Program-made: the position numbers and the translations under genes
NCBI GenBank assembly: GCA_951406725.2
Contig: OX597827.1
Span: 81,406,001 to 81,470,000 of the forward strand
Length of the DNA stretch: 64,000 bases
Source of the DNA: Octopus vulgaris
Taxonomy: Eukaryota
Direction of reading: 5' to 3'
Notes under the pieces: model-generated
What the model saw: only the letters and a program-made list of their open reading frames with translations
Told to the model about the DNA's origin: nothing
Databases searched by the model: none
Shown: one piece after another, positions 53,330-64,000 of the stretch
How positions within the stretch are numbered: position 1 is the first letter of the stretch
Layout: the number at the start of each line of letters is the position of its first letter

Positions 53330-53783
53330 AAGTCTGTTTTCAACTAATTGAAACTCCAATGTCTGGCAGCTGACTTGGCAGACACCCATAAAATTATTAA
53401 CCATCTTACAAACAATAACTCTGAGCACATTTTCAAACTCCACCTGTCTAACACCCATGGACATGTTTAAAAAATCAGAAAACAGCACGGCTCCCATGAC
53501 TTTCGGAAACCTTTTTTTCACGCTAAGAGTTGCTGAAGCATGGAACAAATTGCCGGCATCAGTTGTTAGTTGTCGGAGCACTGCATCCTTCAAAACCTCC
53601 ATGCTTCTTGAGATTTGCCAACACTACACCTGATCTTCTCCCCTCCATACACACACAAGCATGTATCTGACTCATACACAGTTCACTTTCCAGACATTTG
53701 TACATTACTGCATATGCTTTATACGCACTTTTGACAAGTTGTGGTGCACCTGAGCACTGTATACAATAATTTCATTATTATTA
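53330..53783 (+). mobile_element. CR1/L2-like LINE 3' fragment
   Basis: FFTLRVAEAWNKLPASVV...SFKT followed by a 3' UTR ending gtgcacctgagcactgtatacaataatttcattattatt, shared with 4713-4920. Confidence 0.7.
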
Positions 53784-53988
53784 AAGTCAATGTCAGAAGA
53801 ATGTACAAAATGCCAATTCAAATCAGTGACCATTCTTTGTATAAAATCATTCTCACCACAGACAATCTTTCCCCCAATTTGGATTCAATTTGTTTTAAAA
53901 TAAACAAAGAAACATAACATCAATAAAAATATTCTATTTTCTTCTTTAATTTCAGATAAACTCACGAGATATGATTTAACATTCTGTG

Positions 53989-56412
53989 ATGGAAGTAGGC
54001 TGTGTGTGGAATACATACTTACTTGCAAATGTCCTCAATCTATTACTACACAGTTGTGTCTGTGTAGATCTGAGCTATCATGTAGAAGAAGAAAGCAGTC
54101 CCTTTACTTTTGTTGGGGATATTGCTGCTGACACACAGATGGAAGAAACGGACTCTCTTGTGGGAAATAACTTCATCACATACAACCAAATGCAACAGCA
54201 ATGGACAGAGAATTCACATTTATTCAACGTCACACAAGATGGTAAATTGTACACGGCTCAAACATTGGATGCTGAGAAACTGTGTACATATGAATCAGAT
54301 TGTGTTAGATTTATCAAAGTTGCTGTACGTAGAAGGAAGACATTTTTGAAAGTTATTAAAATTAAAGTAATTATAGAAGACATTAACGATCACAGCCCTG
54401 AGTTTCCTCAGACACAACTGAATATTACATATGATGAAGATGATGGAGAAGGAGCCGAAAGATTAATTCCAGATGCCATTGACAAAGATGTTGGAATGGA
54501 AAATTCAGAAGTTACATACAAATTGAAGAAACAATTTAGTGATCCATTTATATTGTCTGTGAGGAAAACTATCACTGGAGGGGCAAAGATAGGAATTGTT
54601 CTTGGAGACAAACTAGACAGAGAAATACAAGATAGTTACAATCTAGAAGTGATAGCTAATGATGGAGGGCAACCTTCAAAGGAAGGAATTCTACATGTTC
54701 ATATAAAAATAATTGATGTTAATGATAACTCACCAGTTTTTTCAAAACATATTTACAATATTTCCATCAAAAATACACATCCTAACAACAACCCCATTTT
54801 GACATTGTCTGCAAAAGACCCAGATTCAGGCAATAATGGTAAAGTGTCTTATTTTATGAGTTCAAAAACACCAGAACGCACAAGACAGTATTTCAGACTG
54901 AACCAACAAACTGGGGAATTATTTGTAGAAAAACCATTAACATCACAAACAAAGAATATTCTCAAGATGTATGTGGAGGCCAAAGATGGAGGGAATCCTT
55001 CTTTAAATTCCTTTGCCATTGTACGGGTGAATATTCTCAATGAAAAGAACCATCCTCCCAAAATTGGGATAGATTTTGCATCTGAAATGAAGAAGGGCAC
55101 TGCAGCTATTTACGAAGGGACAAAAGTGGGCAGTTATCTAGCTTATGTGAATGTGGTGGACAACGATGTTGGAGCGAATGGAGAAGTGAGTTGTAAATTA
55201 GAACATGATAAAGTTGTCCTCTCACATTTAGGATCAAAGGAATACAAGATTACTCTGAAGAAACCACTTGACAGAGAAAAATTAGACCATTTTAACATGA
55301 GAATTGTGTGTGAAGACAATGGAAGCCCTGCTTTAAAGACGGAGAGAAAGATCTCAATCCAAGTAATGGATGTGAACGATGTGCAACCGCAATTTACCAA
55401 AGATACATTCCACTTCCTCACCTATGAGAATGGTAAAGCAAACTTTCCTATAGGTTTTATCAATGCCACTGACCCAGACCTGGCAAGTGCTGGTCAACTG
55501 ACGTTCTCACTGTTGAGTAAAGACAGAAATAACATACCGTTCCAGGTGAGTGATTATGGTTTTATTACCAGCAACATACCATTGGACAGAGAAGAAGAAG
55601 ACATGTATAAGTTTGAGGTTTTTGTCAAAGACAATGGTAAACCGTCGTTGAATAACACAGCGAATGTTGTTGTTGAGGTTTTAGACAGAAACGACAATAA
55701 TCCGTATTTCATCTACCCTACAACTGACCCTTTCCATATCAATGTCCACTACCACCCGCAAAGTACCAATGCCATCACTGTGATTAGAGCGTCTGACAGA
55801 GACAGTCATTTAAATGCGTTCCTCAAATATGGAATACTTGACGGTAACAATAAACGCTTGTTTACACTCAACTCTTTAACTGGTCAAATGTCTTTCTCGC
55901 GTGCACCTCATCTCAACGATGCTGGCTCATACGAACTGGTGCTTGTGGTCAAGGATTCTGGTAGCCCAGTGTTGTCAGCCACAACTACTGTGTCTTTGTC
56001 ATTAAGGGTCACTAACAAGACATCAGCACCGATGCCGACTGTCCACTTAGAGAAGAACAGAACACTGGACGTACCATTATTGATTATCCTTGTAGTAGCA
56101 GCTGTAATAGTAGCTGTGGTGATTGTAGTGTCGATCACACTGTGTATTGTGAAATGTAGCAGTGGTCAGTCTCGCTCTGCCAAGAGCACTAGGAAAGGTG
56201 TTAATAGGTCAGCTATATGTAACAGAATTGATCAACCTTTACCGTGTCAGAGCAGCAGTATTCCTGGTACCCCAGTGAGGTACTCTTCTGAGATGAATAA
56301 TAGAAACATGCCATTTGTGGAATGTAAGGAAGATTTCTACCCGCAGTATGAGTCTCAGATTGATTGGTCAAACGTGGGTACCCTGGAGAAGAGTCCACCC
56401 AATACAATATTG
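53989..56412 (+). CDS. Protocadherin copy 5 main coding exon
   Basis: 808 open codons. Acceptor 53954-53955, donor GTAAGT at 56413. The ORF extension to 56529 is intronic simple repeat. Confidence 0.95.
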
Positions 56413-57015
56413 GTAAGTTACACTATATATAGTCTATCTATCTACCTATCTCTGTCTATATATCTATCTTTCTGTCTGTTTGTGTTTCTATATATATATA
56501 TTTGTATGTGTATGTGTTTGCTCAGGTGATTGTATGAACATCATCTTCAATATCATCGTCATCGTTTAACGTCTGCCTTCTTTTCTGGCACGGTTGCAAC
56601 AATTTGAAGGAGCTGGCCAAGCAGAACCCTGCACCAGACTTCTGTAACTGTTTTGGCCTGACTTTTACAGCTGGATACCCTTTCTAACAGCAACAACTCA
56701 GCAGAATGGACTTAATTATTTTTACATGGCTCAAGAGCATTTGAGGCCAGTTTTGGCAAGGTTTTTACAGTTGGATGTCCTTCTGAACACCAACTACTTT
56801 ACAATGTGGACTGCGAGCTTTTAAGGGGCACCTGCACTGACAGGGTCACCAAGTACTTGCAAGACAAAAAAATTCTTTGAGAAGAGAGGTGATCTTACAT
56901 TGGAGGAGGTGATCTTACATCAGATGATAAAAGATTATAGTGAGGTAGACACAGAAACAGGTGTCTTACTGTAGAGGGAGTACAAGGTTATCCAGCCAGA
57001 GAGAGGGAAAGTGAA

Positions 57016-57092
<77 letters not shown>

Positions 57093-57439
57093 TATCAGGA
57101 ATGAAGACAGAAACAGGTGCACTACCGCAAAGGAAATACATGGTTATCCAGCCTGAGGGAAGTGTAGGAGGAGGAGAATGAGAGAGTGGGAGACAGCAGA
57201 ATAGAGATAGATGGTGGAAAAATGCTGGGCACACTCACAAAGGAAAGGGATCAGAATATAAATGGAATGGTTGAGTGAAGGAAGAGAGAGATATAGATGG
57301 TGGCAAGTGTCAGGGCATACTCTTGAGGTTTGAATGTCATAATATAAGTGGCAGGATATTGCGAAAGAAGCATGATTGGAGAGTGCAGAGGAGGGAGAAG
57401 TGGGTGGTGAGAACCTGAGTATATATAGAGTGGTGGGGT

Positions 57440-58070
57440 GGGGTGGGCTACCAGATAGCAATAATACAGAAAAACATGGCCATGAGGACAGGATTGGGGA
57501 GTGAGAGGCAGGCACAGTGTATGAAGGAGGAAATGTGAGGAAGAGAAGAGATGTAGATTGATTTGTTGGGATAGGCTGTGTGAAAAGTTTTCTTGTTACG
57601 TGTGGGTTGAACACAGGTCAGGGGCTCGTGGAGATACAGTGAGGCATGGTGTGTGGGTGGAACACACAAATCAGGGGCTAGCAGAGAGCAATGATACAAT
57701 GGCACAGGGTCAAGAGGACAGGATTGAGGAGTGAGAGGTAAGCATAGAGCATGAAGTGGAAATGTAAGGGAGAAGAGAGATGTAGTTTGGTTTGTTGTGG
57801 TAGGGTGTGTGAGAAGTTTTCTAGTTAGGTGTGGGTTGAGCACAGGTCAGGGGCTAGTGGAGAGCAATAATACAGTGAGATTGAGCATGTGGAACACACA
57901 AATTGGAGGCAAGCGTAGAGGAATGATATAGTGGAACAAGGCCAAGAGGACATGATTAGGGAGTGGGAGGTAAGCATAGAGCATGAAATGGAAATGTGGG
58001 GAAGCGTAGAGATGTAGTTTGGTTTCTTGTGGTAAGGTGTGTGAGAAGTTTTTTTGTGAAGTGTGGGACA
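57440..58070. repeat. About 2.7 degenerate tandem copies of a ~230-bp unit
   Basis: agagatgtag(a/t)ttg recurs at about 57547, 57776 and 58008. gggttga.cacaggtcagggg recurs at 57604 and 57833. Confidence 0.7.
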
Positions 58071-58582
58071 AACAGCACTTCTAGAACTCAGTTTCGCTGA
58101 CATGGGCGAGTCTTCTCTAGAACTTCATATTGCCAGACATCTCAGTCCTCTGTGAGTCCCAACTTTTCACTCAATACATTTGCACTTTGTCAGACATGTG
58201 CACATACACAGAGCATACTACCTTCATTTCTCTCCAGTCTACGATTGTCTTCTGCATGCAGAGCTCATGTCTCACTACCATGGAGTATAGCCGTTCACAC
58301 ACAAGCATCATATAGTCTACCTATACGCATGCGCACACATACACACACACACACACATATATATATCTATATAGTTATATATGGTGGTTGTCTACTCCTT
58401 ATGCAGAGTTTGACCACCTCTTGTACCTGCACCTTAGATCCGTCATGGCGTCTGATGTGGATTTTTTAAACCAGTCAATGCATTGAAATTGCTAGCCTTG
58501 GGCTAAATATTTGAAATCAATAATCAATATTATTCCTAAAATATCAATCAATGACTGATCAGTTTCTTTACTTCTTTTTCAG

Positions 58583-58606
58583 TTACCAACTCGAATTAAA
58601 AAGTAG
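58583..58606 (+). CDS. Protocadherin copy 5 terminal micro-exon (LPTRIKK*)
   Basis: tttttcAG then TTACCAACTCGAATTAAAAAGTAG. All four differences from copy 1 are synonymous, including the stop. Confidence 0.85.
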   Translation, partial: LPTRIKK

Positions 58607-59121
58607 ATGTCACTCTACATGGGATACAGTCACAACAACAGCCATTTAACCCCTGGATACAATTGCAACAACATCATTTCGCTACTGGATATAGTCACAA
58701 CAACAACAACAACATATCTCAAATAGTCACACTCTTTACAGCTACTCAACACTTCACCCAACAACCATTATAACAACGTTAACAACTGCAACATCTCTCC
58801 ACCACCACCACCACCACCACCACAACTACTACTACAGATACACGGGTTTACAGAACAAATCTCCCTCAAATTATACCCTAGCATTTCAAACAAGGAAGGT
58901 CACATTTGAAAATGTAATCCTAGATACCCATAGAATGATGGTATGGTCATCGGTGGAATATCTTAGAGCATAGGTCTCCTCAGTCAGGTTTAACCTAGGG
59001 CTAAACAACAGCAATCTCCAGCAGTTACTCTCAGTCCTTCAACAAGACACACCACTCTTCTTCCCTAAGTCTTCATGTAGTATCACAACACTCAGTGGAC
59101 TTCTAAACACCTACCACTTCA

Positions 59122-59220
59122 TCACTCCATGGTGTCATCTCCCTATGGTGTCGTCACTCCATAGTGTCATCACTCCATGGTGTTGTCACTCCATGGTGGC
59201 ATCACTCCATGGTATCACTC
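59122..59220. repeat. 16-bp minisatellite (tcactccatggtgtca), about 6 copies
   Basis: Seen directly. Confidence 0.85.
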
Positions 59221-60240
59221 AACATATTTGTTTGAAAATATCAGTTTAAGTGTTATGCTAAGTTAGGTTTATTGTTTAATGATGTTTATAACTCCACATG
59301 GTCGTTTGCTACATGCAGTAAAACTTCTTCAACATACATTCACCACATGGGAAAGATCTTTCTACTGTACATTTCCAACATGTGGTAGATCTCCAGAATA
59401 GGTCTCTATCATTTGCTGAGGTCTGTATGCAATAGTTCCACATGGTGTGGAAGAGTCTCCAACATATAGTGAATGTGGGAACACCATAAATCCATATCAT
59501 GTAGGGAGATATCTTTGATATGCATGTGAAGTTGCGGTGTTCTACCACATGATGTACACCCATAGAGACATAGAAACAGTTAGGGTCCCAGGTTCAAATA
59601 ACAAGATTTCTTTTTTTTTTACTTAAGCCCTAAATGCTACTAGCAATGTATGAAAGCCACTACTTCCCAGACAACTTCACATAACTTTGTAAGATATTAT
59701 TGATATAAGTTAAAAACTTAGAGACTCTAAAAAAAATGATTTAAGGAATTACATTTCACCAATCTTTGAAATATTCCTGGCACATTTTACTGCAAGACCC
59801 ATACTTTGATATTGATATAGACACTTTACACACACACATACTTGTATCTGCACATTCTACACTCACATTTAAATACACACACACACACATATATATATAG
59901 ATACACAAATCCCAACACATTGGAAATACACATTTCACACACCACACACACATACACATTGCAATATATGCATTTTACACAAAGACAGAATATATATAAA
60001 CATTTTACTTGCATACTTTAATGTATATATAATCTACACACACACACACCATTTACTCAAATACTAGAACAAATTTATACACACACAAACAATATCACAT
60101 ATGTGTATAAATAATATACATCATATGTTTATATATTCTACACACACAATACAAATAATTAAACTATGCTGAAATTTGAGCAAGTTTGGTTCCTGTATGT
60201 AGTAAGAACATAATGACTGTAGTCCCACCCATAATGATCT

Positions 60241-60398
60241 GGGTGTGTGTGACTGCAGCAGACTGCAACAGCAGCAGCAGCCACGACCACACGCATTATC
60301 AACAACTGCAACACACTTTTTTTACAACTTGCCACACATTTCCCCAGACTGTCACACTCAGCTGCCAACAGCTCCAGATTATGGATCAGGCAATAAAA
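60241..60398 (+). other. Diverged exon-1 homolog of a probable sixth protocadherin gene
   Basis: Has gcagcagact.ca.cagcagcagc, gattATGGATCAGGCAATAAAA|GTAAGTCTACA and downstream acccttacatcactgacaaa, each matching the exon-1 block. Confidence 0.6.
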
Positions 60399-60907
60399 GT
60401 AAGTCTACACCCATCTTGGATTATTCACATTTTCGTTTCCTAGAAACACATTATTGTCCGACAAATATATAAATATACAGGAAGATAGGCAGTTGCACAT
60501 ATTTCATGAAATGTTGTGATGGGAGAAAATGCTAAGATACCGTTATAAAGGACCCTTACATCACTGACAAACACCTACCTCAACTATTGTTTCATTTCTA
60601 ATAATGCAAATTAATATCAAATATCTGTAATTATTGTAATATTTAATCACGGAGGAATATTTCTGCTTGGTTCAGTGAGATATTTCAGTGATTATCATTA
60701 TTATTATTGTTGTTATTCTTATTAATGATAACATCTCTCAATGTGCAGATGAAGTGTTGTAATTGTATTGAAATCAATGTTAAAAACATAGATGAAGACT
60801 ACGGTGAAATATATACACAGAGCAGCCATAGTTGTGGTGGCTCTTTGATGGTGATGGCTCTTTGATAAGAATTGGCTCATATATATTTTATATATGTTTC
60901 ATGTATG

Positions 60908-60981
<74 letters not shown>

Positions 60982-61277
60982 CACACACATATATATATAT
61001 GTATGTACGTATTCCCTTCATAGAAATAGGTATGTTTAACACTTTTATTTCTGACAAAAATGAAAAAAAATGTAGACATACTCACTTACATACATATGTA
61101 TATGTACATATAGACATAAAAACACACACATATATATGAATATATAGATATACATTATTATAATCATTTATTTAACATATAGTTTTCCTATGTTACCCAT
61201 ACAAGCATGGAAAAATAGGTCTTAAAATGATGATGATGATGATGATGGTAATAATAATAATAATAATGATAATACTG

Positions 61278-61308
<31 letters not shown>

Positions 61309-61312
61309 GTAT

Positions 61313-61352
<40 letters not shown>

Positions 61353-61754
61353 GTCTATGGATATGTATGCACATATATATATGTTTGTGTGTGTGTGTGT
61401 ATCATTTTACTCTAGTTATTTTGTAAACGTAGTGACAGAAACACTAAACTTTCCCTTGTGGTTATTAATCTCTGCTGTCACCAACAAAAATGAAGGCAGC
61501 CATGTTAGAAATAGTAAAACTCATTCTCTCTCGTTCTGCATTTTCCACCATATTTTATAACAACAAAAACTCAGAAAGATGTATTTAAGGTTCTGTATTT
61601 CTTCTAAACTTCATAATTTCATCTGATTAAAGTGAATCTTTGATGGCCCAATGATAATAACTTGGTTGCATCTTCCTCATCATAAAACGATTTGGTCTTG
61701 TGTCTTTAAGATGGATGAATATATTCATAGATATATTTATGGATGAATGTGCAT

Positions 61755-61804
<50 letters not shown>

Positions 61805-62889
61805 CGAATTTATTCCTATGTTACTGTTTATCAGGTGGTGCTATTAAGTTAGACATGGCCTGGACCAATCTTTGGTCGAAACATATCTAAGTTTTATCTT
61901 AGTTTATCTGTTTCTGTCATCTTTGACCAACTGCCCATCTCTCCAGAAGACAATTGCTTCAGTAAGCTGTGAATCAAACACTGCTTCAGGGACCATTCTC
62001 CAAGAAACCTTGCAGCCATATAAGGAAGTATTTTCTAATGTGTGTAGCACTGTAGTCTCCTGTCAGCCCCTCACCCTGGTCCCTTGTCATTATGCTGTCT
62101 TCTGTTTGCCGACAATGTGACAACATTCTAGGGTAGAGGTGACTCTTTAGGTTTCCTGGGAACAAACAACCCCTCTGTTGCTGGGGCCACAGTAAAATAC
62201 TCTCAGTATACTCTGTAACAGGGCTGGCAAGTGACAGGAGTTGACATAGGGTTGAGGGATTTCTTTAGTCTTGTCATGGATGTGGTAACATGACAAGCGC
62301 TGATACCATGATAAAAGTCATCCAATACACTCCATAGGGCAACAAGATGTAAAAAAAACCCAAAAAACATGCAAACAGGGGACCTAACAGCAAGTCATGC
62401 TCCACAAAGCCATCTAGGAGGGTTGGAACTCTTCATATGAACTTCTTTGGTCAATGATGGCCCATCCAACCCGCAGACATATAGTTCATAGTGGTGGGTG
62501 TGGTAGGGGTATTGTCGTTGTTGTTAGTTTGTGGCAGTTGTGATGATGGTGATGATCAACAAAAACAGTCATAATGAGGACAAGCTAAAGTGGGAAACCT
62601 CTAACTGGTTGGTCAGCTGGCAAGAAATAGTGACTAAGTCCCCCTAACATACACTCTACTTTCTTAAATAGGAAGGTCACATTGGATAAAGTAGTCCTAT
62701 ATATACAGTGTCAGAAAACAATACAAAACTGTAGTCATGTGTTTCAGGCTTCATTTGTGTATATATGTGTGTTTGTCTGTCCATCTTACCTATATACCTA
62801 TCTACTTATCTATCTGTTTATTTGCAAATCCATTTACCTTCTTAGCCTACTAATAACTCAACTTGTGTATATATAAATTGTGGGTATTG

Positions 62890-63821
62890 AGGATGTTTCA
62901 TTTATGAGGACGTACCCTGTATTTGTCCAGGTGTTGGCTCCTTTGCGTTTTTGGATAAAGTACAGATGTGGAGTCGACTCAGTGTGCCTCCATGATGGTC
63001 TTTGGCATGTTGGTAGCGTATGGAGGACTGTTTTTTGTCATCATATTGTCTCAAATGTTCATTTAGTCCCTCTGCAATGCTTCTAGATGTCTCACCAATG
63101 TATATCATGTTCCTGTCTTTACAAGCACCCTCTATGCACCTTAAGCTGTAGACTAAATTTCTAGTTCTGCAGTTAATGCCAGGGTTAGTCTTACATACCA
63201 TGCAGTTATCATGTGGCATTCTGGAAAGGGTACATCCTACATAGTTGTGATCTGATGGAGCTTCCTGGTTCATCAATGATCTTAATGTTGAGTTTGGTTT
63301 CCTTCAGAGCTTTCCTAAATCTTTGGGCTAGTTCTCCATGGGCTGTGGCCTCTATGAACATTGCTCCTTGATATTTGTCAGTCTTGTACCACATGTTCAC
63401 CCTGTTTGCTTTGTCACAAACTTTTTGTATTTTATTCCCGTTTTTACTTCTATATCTAGGGTAGGTACCACTGGTTTATTACATATAATGCTATCTAACT
63501 TCTTTCTAGCTCCCCTGTATACCCGAATCCTATCGTTCTGGTCATATCCAGAGAATTGCATGCAGTGCATGAAGTTCTGTGCATGTTTCTCTGTTTCATA
63601 GGGTTTGCATAGTGGGGACACATGGTTCATTATCTTAACTAAGTCTACTATCAGCATTTTGATTTTCATGCTGTGTGACAAAGCTGAGTTCCAGTGGACA
63701 ACATATTTAGAAGCTATGGATTTCATGTAATGGGAGTGGAAGAGCTGCACTCTGTTGTACACAGTTCAGTATCAAGGACAGGGAATCTATTGTTAGGGTG
63801 CCTACTAGGGTAATCTATGGT

Positions 63822-63825
<4 letters not shown>
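62890..63825 (-). mobile_element. Penelope-like retroelement remnant (RT thumb and GIY-YIG endonuclease)
   Basis: NCRTRNLVYSLRC...C...IYIGETSRS...LNEH is a GIY-YIG signature. Upstream FPVLD...YMK...SALSHSMK resembles the Penelope RT C-terminus. Frameshifted. Confidence 0.8.
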
Positions 63826-63859
<34 letters not shown>

Positions 63860-64000
63860 CAACAAAACTTTTATATCTTGGACACACACACATTATATAT
63901 ATAGAGATATGTATATATAAGTGTATATATATATGTGTGTGTGTGTGTGTGTATAAATATGTATGTATATATATATGTATACACACACACATGCATATAC

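Noticed and set aside
59122-59220. Short regular repeats resembling a CRISPR array
   Set aside because: They are contiguous 16-bp units with no unique spacers, in eukaryotic context with no cas genes.
59309-59563. Possible C2H2 zinc-finger remnant (TVERSFPCGEC)
   Set aside because: There is only a partial linker-like motif, with no His pair or repeat structure.
56413-64000. Vertebrate-style shared constant exons downstream of the array
   Set aside because: No candidate exons or conserved cytoplasmic motifs are seen in the window, and each gene has its own stop-containing exon.

Overview
AT-rich, microsatellite-dense animal genomic DNA, most likely from a coleoid cephalopod (Octopus-like). 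This is inferred from the protocadherin type and the SINE/RTE-LINE repeat landscape. The window holds a head-to-tail tandem array of five very similar protocadherin genes on the + strand, spaced about 10-14 kb apart, plus the diverged first exon of a probable sixth gene near 60.3 kb. Comparing the copies gives a four-exon model for each: two 5' leader exons carrying short uORFs, one ~2.45-kb exon (signal peptide, six cadherin repeats, transmembrane helix, most of the cytoplasmic tail), and a phase-0 terminal micro-exon encoding LPTRIKK*. Copies 1, 3 and 5 are intact (815 aa after splicing). Copies 2 and 4 each carry two single-base indels that look like consensus errors. The main signal is how variation is distributed. 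The promoter/exon-1 block and the EC5-EC6-TM-cytoplasmic part are nearly identical in all copies. EC1-EC4 carry discrete variant patches reshuffled into a different combination in every copy, consistent with combinatorial diversification by gene conversion. Introns and flanks contain decayed Tc1/mariner, RTE, CR1-like, REL-endonuclease and Penelope-like elements, SINEs and simple repeats. Exon models come from splice signals and cross-copy conservation only; no transcript data were available.
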